From Alphaproteobacteria bacterium (GTDB taxonomy: Bacteria; Pseudomonadota; Alphaproteobacteria; SP197): a stretch of 64,000 nt of DNA. The stretch lies in the NCBI GenBank assembly GCA_964291415.2, contig OZ219918.1, positions 288,001 to 352,000 of the forward strand. The letters run 5' to 3'. Positions within the stretch are counted from its first letter, which is position 1; every line of letters begins with the position of its first letter. The position numbers were made by a program, and so were the translations under genes. The notes under the pieces are model-generated. The model worked only from the letters and a program-made list of their open reading frames with translations. It made no database searches and had not been told where the DNA came from. Positions 1 to 9,781 of this stretch are shown piece after piece.

Positions 1-5
1 AGTGG

Positions 6-31
6 CTATGGCCACCGGATGGTGGCCATAG
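6..31. terminator. Perfect 11-bp inverted repeat (hairpin), possible terminator
   Basis: CTATGGCCACC-ggat-GGTGGCCATAG. No clear poly-T tail, and the upstream gene lies outside the window. Confidence 0.35.
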
Positions 32-241
32 GGTCTGCCGCCCACGACGGGGTCGGCAACAAAGAAGTTCTGTTAGCAATATGGGAAATTGAGGCTCGCG
101 TGTCAACGGTGCCGGATCTCTTGGTATCATGGGGAGCGCTCTGACGATCGAATGAGTTGGGAATTCCTCCTGCCACCCCGGGCTCAGCCGCGGATACCAT
201 CGAACACTGCGACAACCCAGCCGCTACTTTCCCTGGCAGCG

Positions 242-392
242 TCACCGGGTCGGGCGCGAGAGCGGCGCGGCGGTCGCGGCGTCCAGCGCCACGACGCTCA
301 CCGTGCAGGTCTCGACCAGTGCCTCGAGGTCGGCCCTGGCCCGTTGCTCGTCGCGGTAGACCCGGGCGTTGGCGAGCGTCGGCGAGGCCCGC
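242..392 (-). pseudogene. Fragment of a GAF/PAS sensor or hybrid response regulator gene
   Basis: The minus frame reads LANARVYRDEQRARADLEALVETCTVSVVALDAATAAPLS, the typical GAF-to-PAS linker plus the start of a PAS domain. It has no start codon or RBS of its own and stops early. Confidence 0.5.
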
Positions 393-407
393 GCCCGGGA
401 ATCCGAC

Positions 408-878
408 TTAACGAACGTAGATGCCCACGCCGAAGAGGTGGCCGTCGTGGAGCACCATCCAGCTCGACTTGTGCTCGACCTCTCCGGTGACCGGGTCCTT
501 CCACTTGTAGTCGACCCAGGTTCCATCCGGCGATGCCGTCTGCCGCATCTCCTCGCCGAAGCGCTTGCCGTCGACATCGGTGTAGCTCTCCAGTGTTCTC
601 CCCACCAACGATGAGTCGATGCTATGGACCAACTTCGTGCTGTCAGGTCCAAAGACGAAGACATAGAGGTCGCGATCCAGGAACTCCGGCGCCGGGTCGG
701 TGTTGAACCTGGCAAAGGCTGCATCGGCCCCTACCTCGTCATAGTAGGCGATGGCACGCGCCACCATGTCCTGGGCTTCCTCGGCCGTGCCCCGGTCGTC
801 GCTGCCCATGGCGGGTGCCGCGCACACCACAAGCAGCGCGGCAGCAAGGCTGCGCAGGTGACGGGTTGTAGTCCTCAT
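408..878 (-). CDS. Stand-alone secreted single-Cache (sCache_2-type) domain protein
   Basis: Signal peptide, GTAEEAQDMVARAIAYY, DLYVFV, DVDGKRF and WVDYKWKDPVTGEVEHKSSW motifs. AAGGAGAG RBS lies upstream of ATG 878. Confidence 0.85.
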   Translation of the reverse strand: MRTTTRHLRSLAAALLVVCAAPAMGSDDRGTAEEAQDMVARAIAYYDEVGADAAFARFNTDPAPEFLDRDLYVFVFGPDSTKLVHSIDSSLVGRTLESYTDVDGKRFGEEMRQTASPDGTWVDYKWKDPVTGEVEHKSSWMVLHDGHLFGVGIYVR

Positions 879-1225
879 GTCGTGTTCTCTCCTTCGCACT
901 CCGTGCGCGAATCGACGGCGCGACATCTTGAAGATTTGCAGGGTCAACGTCGGTCAAGCTTCCGACGCCGCAATGATGCCGTCAATCCTTCCGGCGCCTT
1001 CGTCAAAGCTCGCTACCGGCTTGCGCTCTTCATGAGCGTCCTTGAACACGTCGATGTCGACGTCAGCTTCACAACTCACTGTTGCGAAAGGCAAATGGAT
1101 CGTTTCCGCGGTGCTTTTCGCGCGCTCGGAAATGATCTGGTCCGTGGTACGTCCTTCAGTCCGGATCATCCAGGGGACACAAGCCGGTCGTCAGGTCCGC
1201 GACATTGCCGCGTCTGGCCCGCGTG

Positions 1226-2029
1226 TCAGGCCGTCTCCTTCTTGCGCAGAAGGATTGCCATGCTGACGAAGACGATCGAGACGCCGAGCAGCATGGACGA
1301 CACGGCGTTGACCTCGGGCGTCACGCCCATGCGGACCTGGCTGTAGATGTAGACGGGCAGCGTCGTGGCGCCGGCGCTCGCGACCATCTGCGTGATGATG
1401 AAATCGTCGAGCGAGATGACGAAGGCCAGGGCTGCGCCGGCGACGATCCCGGGCATCAGCATCGGCAGCGTGACATGGCGGAACGTCTGCACGGGATCCG
1501 CGTAGAGATCGGCGGCAGCCTGCTCCAGGGTGGTGTCCATGCCGTGAAGTCGGGCCCTGATGGGCAGGTAGGCGAACGGCACGCAGAAGACCGTGTGGGC
1601 GATCATGACATTGCCGACGCCAAGCTCCAGTCCGATCAGGCTGAGAAACGAAAGCAGGGCCACGGCGGTGACGATCTCGGGCACCATGAGCGGTGAATTG
1701 ATGACGGCGTAGCAGGCAGTCAGGCCACGGAACCGCTGCACCCTCGTTGTCGCCAGTGCCGCCGCCGTCGCCAGGATCGTTGCGGCAATGGTTGCGACCG
1801 TTGCGACGAGGAACGAATTCGTCGCGGCTTGCCGGATCGCGTCATTGGCGAGAGCCTTGGCATACCAGTCCAGGCTGAACTCGCTCCAGTTCGAGACGGA
1901 GCGCCGTTCGTTGAACGAAAAGAACACCAGAACGAACAAGGGAAGATAGAGAAGACCCAGACAGACCGCAGCCATGAACCCGAATCCCGGATAACGCTTC
2001 AGATCGTAGGGTCGGGAACCGGCCATCAT
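1226..2029 (-). CDS. potC: Polyamine/amine ABC transporter permease (PotC-like)
   Basis: Hydrophobic, with LEQAAADLYA EAA loop, SLDDFIIT and TLPVYIYS motifs. Confidence 0.88.
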   Translation of the reverse strand: MMAGSRPYDLKRYPGFGFMAAVCLGLLYLPLFVLVFFSFNERRSVSNWSEFSLDWYAKALANDAIRQAATNSFLVATVATIAATILATAAALATTRVQRFRGLTACYAVINSPLMVPEIVTAVALLSFLSLIGLELGVGNVMIAHTVFCVPFAYLPIRARLHGMDTTLEQAAADLYADPVQTFRHVTLPMLMPGIVAGAALAFVISLDDFIITQMVASAGATTLPVYIYSQVRMGVTPEVNAVSSMLLGVSIVFVSMAILLRKKETA

Positions 2030-2030
2030 G

Positions 2031-2972
2031 TCAGACCGCATCCTGGTCCCGGCGGGCGGCCTGCCGGGCGTAGATCATCAGGGCGATCAGCACGAGGGAA
2101 AGGAGGATCATCGCCGCTGCCGACCCGAAGGGCCAGTTGCGTGCGGTCCCGAACTGCTGCGCGATCAGATTGCCGATCATCAGGTGCTTGCCGCCACCGA
2201 GCAGGTCAGGCGCCAGAAACGAGCTCAGTGACGGGATGAAGACCAGGAAACAGCCGCCGGCGATTCCCGGGAGCGAGAGCGGGATCAGAATGCGCTGCAA
2301 CACTCTCCAGCGATTGGCGTAGAGGTCATAGGCCGCCTCCACGAGCCGGAAATCAATCCGTTCCAGGCTGGCGTAGACCGGCAGCACCATGAAGGGAAGG
2401 AAGCTGTAGAGCAGGCCAAGACCGATCGCGAAATCGGTGTACAGCAACGAGAGCGGCTGCTCGATGATGCCGATGCCCATGAGGATGGAGTTGAGCGGGC
2501 CCTGATCCCGCAGAATCAGCATCATCGAAAACGTTCTCACCAGAAGATTGGTCCAGAAGGGAACCGTCACCAGAAAGATCAGGATGTTGCGCAACCCGGG
2601 TGGACGCGTCGCGATGAAGTAGGCCGTCGGGAACCCGATCAAAAGGCAGCCAACGACCGCCAGGCCCGCAAGAATGACGGAGCGGGCGCCGATCTGGAGG
2701 TAGGAGGAACTGAACGCCAGCGTTCCATCGAAGATGTCGCGTTCGAACAGGAACTGGATGTAGGCATCAAGGGAGAATTCCCAGACCACGCCGCCGTAGG
2801 TGCCGGGAACCAGAAAGGAGTAGACCAGGATCAAGCCGAGCGGAGCGAGTCCGAAGGCGCCAATGAGAGCAAATGCCGGCGAGAGCAGGATCAGGCTGCG
2901 CCGCGCCGTCGGGAGACCGCTGAAGCGGTCGATCCACGTCGCCCGGTTCGCCGCATCGTGCTGTTCAGCCAT
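2031..2972 (-). CDS. potB: Polyamine/amine ABC transporter permease (PotB-like)
   Basis: VPFWTNLLVRT, LPFMVLPVYASLE, LVEAAYDL and RNWPFGSA motifs. Confidence 0.88.
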   Translation of the reverse strand: MAEQHDAANRATWIDRFSGLPTARRSLILLSPAFALIGAFGLAPLGLILVYSFLVPGTYGGVVWEFSLDAYIQFLFERDIFDGTLAFSSSYLQIGARSVILAGLAVVGCLLIGFPTAYFIATRPPGLRNILIFLVTVPFWTNLLVRTFSMMLILRDQGPLNSILMGIGIIEQPLSLLYTDFAIGLGLLYSFLPFMVLPVYASLERIDFRLVEAAYDLYANRWRVLQRILIPLSLPGIAGGCFLVFIPSLSSFLAPDLLGGGKHLMIGNLIAQQFGTARNWPFGSAAAMILLSLVLIALMIYARQAARRDQDAV

Positions 2973-2978
2973 GGGAAC

Positions 2979-4100
2979 TCAGCCGGCGAGGATCCGGGCT
3001 GCGCCCGGTGCCATGAGAACCCGTACGCTGCTTCCCACCGACATGCCGCTGCCCCGGTCAGCGACATTCTGCTCGTAGACGAGCAGTTCCGGTCCGTTTT
3101 CCAGCGTGACGCGGTAGCTTGTATCGGTTCCCCGATAGAGGCAGTCCGTGATCCGGCCGGCGAGTCCGGGTCCGGGATCGGCAGACAGCACGATCCGTTC
3201 CGGTCTGAGCGACAGCGTGACCCGACATCCCGCCGCCTTGTCGCCGACCGGCTGCGCGAGGACCTCGGCGCCCCCTTCGAGACGACAGCGGACCATGTCG
3301 CGTTCAGCGGCGCCGATGACGGCCGGCAACAGGTTGGTTTCGCCCATGAAGTTGGCGACGAAGGGGTTGGCGGGGTGTTCGTAGATCACATCGGGCGTGC
3401 CCACCTGCTGGATCCGGCCGGCCCGGAGCACGGCGATCCTGTCGCTCATGGTGAGCGCTTCCTCCTGATCGTGCGTCACGAAGATGAAGGTGATTCCGGT
3501 CTCGCGCTGCAGGGTCTTGAGCTCGACGCGCATCTCCTGGCGGAGCTTGAGATCGAGCGCCGAGAGAGGTTCGTCGAGGAGCAGGACCCGGGGATGGTTC
3601 GCCAGTGCCCTGGCGAGCGCAACGCGCTGTTGTTGTCCGCCGGAAAGCTGGCTTGACTTGCGTTCCCCGAGATCGGGCATCTTGACGAGGGTCAGCATGC
3701 TTTCGACCGTGCGCCTGATTTCGGCCTTGTCGCGGCGCAGCATGCGCAGTCCGAACGCCACGTTCTCCGCTACGGTCATGTGCGGAAACAGCGCGTAGTG
3801 CTGAAACACCGTGTTGATCGGCCTCTTGTAGGGAGGAAGACGCGCCACATCGTTGCCGAACAGCAGAATGTCGCCCCGCGTGACCTGTTCGAACCCCGCA
3901 ATCAGACGAAGAAGCGTTGTCTTGCCACACCCCGATGGGCCGAGCAGGGTAAAGAACTCGTTGTCCCGGATGGCAAGCGAGACCTCGTCAAGGGCCGTGA
4001 CGGACTCTGCGGAACCCGCCTGGAAGACCTTTGTCACGGAACGAAGTTCGATGGCCGTGCCGACCGCCTCAGGTGGTGTCTGACTCAAGGCTGCATTCAT
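2979..4100 (-). CDS. potA: Polyamine/amine ABC transporter ATP-binding protein (PotA-like)
   Basis: Walker [17 protein letters not shown] signature, LLLDEP Walker B and a C-terminal TOBE-like region. Start 4100 is an estimate. Confidence 0.9.
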   Translation of the reverse strand: MNAALSQTPPEAVGTAIELRSVTKVFQAGSAESVTALDEVSLAIRDNEFFTLLGPSGCGKTTLLRLIAGFEQVTRGDILLFGNDVARLPPYKRPINTVFQHYALFPHMTVAENVAFGLRMLRRDKAEIRRTVESMLTLVKMPDLGERKSSQLSGGQQQRVALARALANHPRVLLLDEPLSALDLKLRQEMRVELKTLQRETGITFIFVTHDQEEALTMSDRIAVLRAGRIQQVGTPDVIYEHPANPFVANFMGETNLLPAVIGAAERDMVRCRLEGGAEVLAQPVGDKAAGCRVTLSLRPERIVLSADPGPGLAGRITDCLYRGTDTSYRVTLENGPELLVYEQNVADRGSGMSVGSSVRVLMAPGAARILAG

Positions 4101-4266
4101 CCTGAATGCGGCTGCCTCACGCTCACCCTGGCGGCACGTCGACACCGGCCTGCCAGTGGCCGGTGTGACTCGTGGACCACAACGTCATCCGCACAGACCT
4201 TCCGCGTGTGTCCCTTCAGCTGGCCTGCATGGTGCCGGACTTCGTCATGGAATCCCAATCTTCCCG

Positions 4267-5667
4267 TCACCCGGACCAGAAGCCTTCGCGCACGAGGTCG
4301 TCCTGTGTGCGAAGCAGACTCGTGCGCAGGATCTGCACAATACGGTCGATCTCGTCGCGCTCCAGGATCAGGCAGGGTGACAGGATGTTGAGATGTGCCA
4401 GGGGTCTCAGGATAAGGCCCAGTTCCCTGGCATGGTTCGATGTGCGGTGTCCCACGTCGGCTTCGAACGGCAGCAGTTCCTTGGTCTCCTTGTCGGCGAC
4501 GCTTTCGATTCCCATCATGAACTTGTGGCCGCGGACGTCCCCCACGATAGGCAGATCCATGAGCGAGCGGATTCCGTCCTCGAAGTAGGCCCCCAGTTTC
4601 CGGACGTGGCCGCACAGGTCCATCGTCTCCATCAGTTCTATGTTGGCGAGAGCCGCTGCGCAGCACACGGGATGGCCCGAGTATGTGAAGCCGTGGGTGA
4701 ACATGGCGCCTGCCTCGATGGGCTTGCCGATGACCTCGAAGACCTCGCGCGATATCAGCGTCGCGCCCATCGGCAGGTAGCCGGATGTCAGACCCTTCGC
4801 GCAACTGATCAGGTCGGGAGCCATCTCGAACAGGGAATCGGAGGCAAAGAACTCACCCAGGCGACAGAATCCGGTGACCACCTCGTCGGCAATGACCAGG
4901 ATGCCGTGGCGCTTGCAGATCTCGGATATCCGCCGGAAGTATCCCGGCGGAGGATCGATGACCCCACCCATTCCCATGATGGGTTCGGCAAAGAAGGCGG
5001 CCACCCTTTCCGGCCCGATCTCGAGGACCGTGTCGTTGAACTCCTCCACGAGGTGATCGCAGAACGCCTCGAGCGACATGCCGTCGGGCCGGCGATAGGC
5101 ATAGGGGGCCGAGACGTAGCGGATGTTCTCTTCGGGTGTGTCGAAGCCGACCTTGTTGAAGTCGAGTCCCGACAGGGCAGCCGACACGGCTGTGCTGCCG
5201 TGGTAGGCGCTGTGCCGGCTGATGACGATCTTGCGTTCGCCTTGCCCCAGGTGATTGAAGTAGTGCTGGACGATTCTCAGCGCCGAGTCGTTGGCGGTCG
5301 ATCCTCCTGTCGCATAGAACACGTGGTCGATGTTGTCCGGTGCCAGTTCGACAAGTTTCGCGGCAAGCCGGGCTGCCGGCGGCGTCGACGTGCTGTGAAA
5401 CGGATTGGCGTAGGGCAGGCGGCGTGCCTGCTCGGCGATCGCATCGACGATTTCCGACCGGCCATAGCCGACGTTGACGCACCACACGCCGCCGATGCCG
5501 TCGATGAGCTTCCTGCCGTCGACATCCCAGACGTAGGGCCCTTCGCCTTCGACGAGAATTTCCGAACCCGTTTCGTGAAAGGTCCCGAAATCGGCCCAGC
5601 CATGGACGACGTGATCGCGATCCTTGGTCCAGAGATCATGGGCATCGTACGCAACGTTCGATCTCAT
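4267..5667 (-). CDS. Class III PLP-dependent aminotransferase (omega-amine/polyamine:pyruvate type)
   Basis: DGIGGVWCVNVGYGR, ADEVVTGFCRLG, AKGLTSGYLP (PLP lysine) and HGFTYSGHP motifs. Confidence 0.92.
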   Translation of the reverse strand: MRSNVAYDAHDLWTKDRDHVVHGWADFGTFHETGSEILVEGEGPYVWDVDGRKLIDGIGGVWCVNVGYGRSEIVDAIAEQARRLPYANPFHSTSTPPAARLAAKLVELAPDNIDHVFYATGGSTANDSALRIVQHYFNHLGQGERKIVISRHSAYHGSTAVSAALSGLDFNKVGFDTPEENIRYVSAPYAYRRPDGMSLEAFCDHLVEEFNDTVLEIGPERVAAFFAEPIMGMGGVIDPPPGYFRRISEICKRHGILVIADEVVTGFCRLGEFFASDSLFEMAPDLISCAKGLTSGYLPMGATLISREVFEVIGKPIEAGAMFTHGFTYSGHPVCCAAALANIELMETMDLCGHVRKLGAYFEDGIRSLMDLPIVGDVRGHKFMMGIESVADKETKELLPFEADVGHRTSNHARELGLILRPLAHLNILSPCLILERDEIDRIVQILRTSLLRTQDDLVREGFWSG

Positions 5668-5740
5668 CCTCTCACCCCATTCGTTGTGCGCTTCGCCGAA
5701 GCAACCTGACTGTGTCCGGGCAGGGACCGTCAGTCAGAGT

Positions 5741-5750
5741 TTGCATACAA
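5741..5750. promoter_or_regulatory. Candidate GntR/FCD operator TTGCATACAA
   Basis: Near-palindrome upstream of the aminotransferase. Related GTAT(G/A)C motifs occur at ~7307-7326 and ~8230-8239. Confidence 0.45.
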
Positions 5751-5864
5751 AAACGATACACACCGCATTCGGTTGGCGTCAACGCAGTGTGTGCGGTCAG
5801 CGTCCCGGTATGGCGACGTGCGGTTCCAGGCATGGGACCAGGGTGGCGCCAATGCATGCGGAAC

Positions 5865-7238
5865 CTAGCGATAGCGGGCCGTCAACGGAGCCGAGGGATC
5901 CGGGCTGTCGGCGATCCAGGCTTCACCCTGCTCGATCCGGTGGCGCGCCGTGTCGACCAGACGCGCCAGGTGGCCGGGCTCGTCGCAATTCTCCTGACGG
6001 CCCTCGACGAGTTCGGCGTTGATGCATGCCCGGATCATGGACAGCAGCTGTCGATCCTCCGTGACATCGGGACCGTACCCGAGCTCCCGGAGCCGTCCGG
6101 CGATCACGCCCGGTGGCGCCCAGCCGGGGGTGATCTGATACCGCGGCTCCACCCCGATCAGTTCCGGGTGGAGATCCCGGGGACGATCGGTCTGTTCGAA
6201 CAGGGGATCGACGTAGTGATAGGCGCGGGCGCCCACGACCGGCGTGTTTGGCGGAATGCCGTGATGATCATGGATCTGCCACATCTTCTCCGCCGTGACC
6301 ATGAGACGACGCGTGTTGTACTGCTGAACGACATGAAGGTTGCGCGCGCGCATCAGGTTGGTGAGGAACATCAGGACGGAACCGTGGCCTCCCTGGGCGG
6401 CCTGGGGCGTAAATCCGGACCAGACACCATCGGCGCCTGCAAGAACTGCTTCAACCGTCGTCGCGTCCTCCATGCCGTTGCCCGAATGGGGATGAACGAG
6501 GATCTTGCGTGGAGCCGGATTGTAGTGACGCATCAGCCGGATGAGTTCATTTGATTCGAATATGAAACGGGTGCCGCGCACGTCCTCGAAGAGGATGCCG
6601 GTGATGGGCAATGCGCCAATCAGCTTGAACACCTTGAGAACGTGCTCGGGATCCTCGTCGAAGGCGTCGAAGGCGTCGCCGATCCTGACATAGATGCGTC
6701 CCGTGCGTTCCGTTTCCACCGGAAGCTCATCGCGGTAGTGGCGGACATGGGCATCGAGATCGCGCAGGATATCGTCTGGCCTTCGTCCCATGCCCACGAT
6801 GACAGACGGAGTAATCTCCACGAGCAGGATCACGTTGGGGATCCCGTACTCCCGGGTTCGACGGGCGGCGGGACCCATGGGAAGGGGCTCGCCGTCGGTC
6901 ACCGGCTCGACGGCGATGGTTGCCAGGAACCCGTCGAGACTGATGGCGTTGTCGACGAGGTGGTCGAGAAACTGGTCCGTCACCGATGGGAAGTCGAAGA
7001 AGTTGGAGAGACCGAAATCGCTGAGACCGAAGTCGCGTGCCAGTTCGTAGAGCTCGATCTTGTCCTTCAGCGTGTGACCGTAATGCGAGGAGAGCGCCGC
7101 CTCCCGCGAGGACATGTCCAGTATGCAGGGCACGAGGTCGCGCAATCGAGCGAGATTCCGGGCAATCGCCTGCGTCGAACTCGCAAGGAGTGCCGTGTCG
7201 TCCGGTGTCAGGACAACCGTATCAGTGGGTCTCTGCAT
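5865..7238 (-). CDS. Divergent DRE-TIM metallolyase (LeuA/homocitrate-synthase-like catalytic domain), function unknown
   Basis: LDMSSRE (cf. DxTLRD/E), metal-binding HPH, ATTVEAVLAGADGV, IPPNTPVVGARAY (cf. PPNKPIVGxNAF) and IAGRLRELGY. No C-terminal LeuA regulatory domain. Confidence 0.7.
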   Translation of the reverse strand: MQRPTDTVVLTPDDTALLASSTQAIARNLARLRDLVPCILDMSSREAALSSHYGHTLKDKIELYELARDFGLSDFGLSNFFDFPSVTDQFLDHLVDNAISLDGFLATIAVEPVTDGEPLPMGPAARRTREYGIPNVILLVEITPSVIVGMGRRPDDILRDLDAHVRHYRDELPVETERTGRIYVRIGDAFDAFDEDPEHVLKVFKLIGALPITGILFEDVRGTRFIFESNELIRLMRHYNPAPRKILVHPHSGNGMEDATTVEAVLAGADGVWSGFTPQAAQGGHGSVLMFLTNLMRARNLHVVQQYNTRRLMVTAEKMWQIHDHHGIPPNTPVVGARAYHYVDPLFEQTDRPRDLHPELIGVEPRYQITPGWAPPGVIAGRLRELGYGPDVTEDRQLLSMIRACINAELVEGRQENCDEPGHLARLVDTARHRIEQGEAWIADSPDPSAPLTARYR

Positions 7239-7355
7239 CGTCGTTTTCCCGGTTCCTGTTCAGGTGAACACAGTCCGTGTCGGTGTCGATGATCGTGCCA
7301 TCCAGTATGTATACGCTGTGTATGCGTGTCGAATTCTCCTGCACCCGATGGTGGT

Positions 7356-8111
7356 TCAGCCCGGGATCGTCGGTACGACCTTGCCCATCGTGCTGCTCAA
7401 CTGGGCGTAGAGACGTTCGCGAAAGGCCTCGACATGGGTGGATGCCAGATGTTCCGCCTGCTCGACGTCGCGATTCTCGATCGCCTGGCAGATGGTCCGG
7501 TGTTCCTCGACCGTCCGCTCGATGTCCTTGTGGGGGTCGTCGCGCGAAAAGCTGTCGAACCAGATCCAGCTCAGCCGCATCCCCTGGGCCGACAATTGTG
7601 CGATCATCGTCTCGAAGAACCCGTTCCGGGCCGCTACCGCGATCGCTTCGTGAAACTCCATGTTGGTCTTGCTCATGGCAATCGCGTCCTTTGAGGCCGC
7701 GGCCGTTTCATAGGCATGCATGGCGTTCCGGATGTTCCGGAGATCGGTTGGTGTGCGGCGCGCTGCCGCCCAGTGCTGGACCGCCCTGTGGGAAAGCTCC
7801 AGGGCCTCGAAGTACTGGGTGAGTTCCATGACGTCCAGGGGTGTGACAAGCGCGCCGCGGTTGGGCAGGATCGTGACCAGGCCATCGGACGACAGCCAGA
7901 CCAGCGCTTCGCGCACCGGAGTCCGGGAGACCTGCAGTTCGTTGACGACGCGCGTCTCGTCGATCTTGGTGCCTGGCGCCAGTTCGAGGCGCAGGATCAT
8001 GTCGCGAAGATGCTCGTAGACCAGGGCGGCACCCTGACCTCGAGGTTGTCGTCTCGTCGAGCGGGAGGCCGTCCGGGCCGCGTCCGTCGTGGTTGTCCGT
8101 GACTTGCGCAT
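7356..8111 (-). CDS. GntR family (FadR/FCD C-terminal domain) transcriptional regulator
   Basis: N-terminal wHTH LAPGTKIDE...VSRTPVREAL, plus FCD motifs NMEFHEAI and EEHRTI. Confidence 0.93.
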   Translation of the reverse strand: MRKSRTTTTDAARTASRSTRRQPRGQGAALVYEHLRDMILRLELAPGTKIDETRVVNELQVSRTPVREALVWLSSDGLVTILPNRGALVTPLDVMELTQYFEALELSHRAVQHWAAARRTPTDLRNIRNAMHAYETAAASKDAIAMSKTNMEFHEAIAVAARNGFFETMIAQLSAQGMRLSWIWFDSFSRDDPHKDIERTVEEHRTICQAIENRDVEQAEHLASTHVEAFRERLYAQLSSTMGKVVPTIPG

Positions 8112-8270
8112 GCACTTGAGCTCCCGTTGTCGTCTGGACCGTTGACAGTCAAGCAGACCGAGCCATTGCGTGTCACCGTTCCGTGTCGATGCTGGACACC
8201 TCGGGAATCACGATCTACAGTATTCTGTCAGTATGCAAAACATATTCTATTGTCTGGATTAGGCATCACC

Positions 8271-9254
8271 GTGATCCGGAACACCGTTCTCTCCCGCGAT
8301 GCCGGCGCCCTTCCGGCGCGTACCACAATCAGTTCCTCCGAGAGAATCGTGCATCTTCTCGGCAGGAAGCCTGTGCGAGCCCTGATGGCAAGGCGAAACG
8401 GGCCCGGCCTCCTGTTTCTCTTCCTGCATGCCACGGCAATCGTGTCGACGGGCACTCTTGTCTGGGTTTCGCGGGACACGCTCTGGGTGGCACCCGCCAT
8501 CTTCCTTCACGGCATCATGATCGTCCACCTGTTCGCGCCGTTTCACGAGTGCTGCCACAGGACGGCCTTTCGAAGCCGCTGGCTGAACGAATCCGTCTAC
8601 TGGTCTTGTGGCCTGATCCTCGGCCTCATGCCATTGGCCTTCCGGTTCCAGCATGCCGATCATCACACCTATACGCAGGATCGTGAACGCGACCCGCAGA
8701 TGATTGCGATGGGCGAACGCCTGTCCGGGTATCTCTTCTATGCCTCCGCGCTGCCCTACTTCGCCGCAATCCTCAAATCCCTCCTGTTCCACCCCCTGGG
8801 GCGGTTCAGTCCCGCGGAACGTCGCTACCTCCCGCCTCACATGCTTGCCAGCGTGCGCCTCCAGGCCTGGATCTTCTGGGGTGTCTACCTCGCCCTGGGC
8901 GTCGTCTCGATCTGGCTGGAGAGCTGGTTCGCGGTCATCTACTGGCTGCTCCCGCGTCTCGCGGCGGAACCGGTCGAACGGATCATCCGGCTTTCCGAGC
9001 ACACGGCCTGCGCGCACAGTCCCGACATGCTCGAGAACTCCCGCACAATCCTGACCTGGCGTCCGGTGCGATGGCTGTCATGGAACATGCCCTTTCACAC
9101 CGCCCACCACGCCGTCCCCCTCATTCCGTTTCATGCCCTCCCGAAACTCAACTCCATGCTGGCCGGCCACGTGCGCGACGTTCGCCGGGGCTACGTTGCC
9201 GCAGTCGCATTCCAGCTCTCCCGTGCCCGTCGCATGCGGCATCTACAGGCGTGA
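8271..9254 (+). CDS. Fatty-acid-desaturase-family membrane di-iron oxygenase (MocD-like)
   Basis: Three His boxes (HECCH, HADHH, HTAHH), HRTAFRSRWLN and WNMPFH motifs, and TM segments. The GTG start is an estimate. Confidence 0.85.
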   Translation: MIRNTVLSRDAGALPARTTISSSERIVHLLGRKPVRALMARRNGPGLLFLFLHATAIVSTGTLVWVSRDTLWVAPAIFLHGIMIVHLFAPFHECCHRTAFRSRWLNESVYWSCGLILGLMPLAFRFQHADHHTYTQDRERDPQMIAMGERLSGYLFYASALPYFAAILKSLLFHPLGRFSPAERRYLPPHMLASVRLQAWIFWGVYLALGVVSIWLESWFAVIYWLLPRLAAEPVERIIRLSEHTACAHSPDMLENSRTILTWRPVRWLSWNMPFHTAHHAVPLIPFHALPKLNSMLAGHVRDVRRGYVAAVAFQLSRARRMRHLQA

Positions 9255-9580
9255 CGGACGAGTGGCACGATGTTCTCGCCGAGGACGACCTTGATCCGGA
9301 GCTGCCGGAGCCGGTCAAGGCGGCGGGACGTGCCATCGCGCTCTTCGTGATCGAGGGCAGGATCCACGCCACGGACTGCTACTGTTCGCACATGCGCGCC
9401 AGGCTGACAGACGGGTATGTCGAAGGCGAGACCGTCGAGTGCCCGCTCCATCAGTCACGGTTTCACATTCCCACCGGTCGCGTGCTCAGCTCACCTGCCA
9501 CCAGGGACATTCGCACCTTCGAAACAAGGGTTGATGCGGGACGAATTCTGGTTCGTGTGCCGACCCGGCGATCCGCTTGA
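9251..9580 (+). CDS. Rieske [2Fe-2S] ferredoxin (MocE-like)
   Basis: CSH...CPLH Rieske motif. The GTGA overlap with the oxygenase stop codon indicates translational coupling. Confidence 0.9.
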   Translation: MTDEWHDVLAEDDLDPELPEPVKAAGRAIALFVIEGRIHATDCYCSHMRARLTDGYVEGETVECPLHQSRFHIPTGRVLSSPATRDIRTFETRVDAGRILVRVPTRRSA

Positions 9581-9781
9581 ACTCAGGCTCCGCGATGCCG
9601 CCGCCCATGCCCGGGTGACGCGGGAAGAACGTTCAGCACATTCGGTGGGCCAGATCCGACTGGACGGTGTGGATTCTCGCCGTCACGATCCCCAGGTAGT
9701 GTACCATTGCCTTCCCGGTCGGACGCCGCCGCAGGACGGCACTGCTATGGTTGTCGGCCGTCGGGCAAGAAGGAGGAAGCC

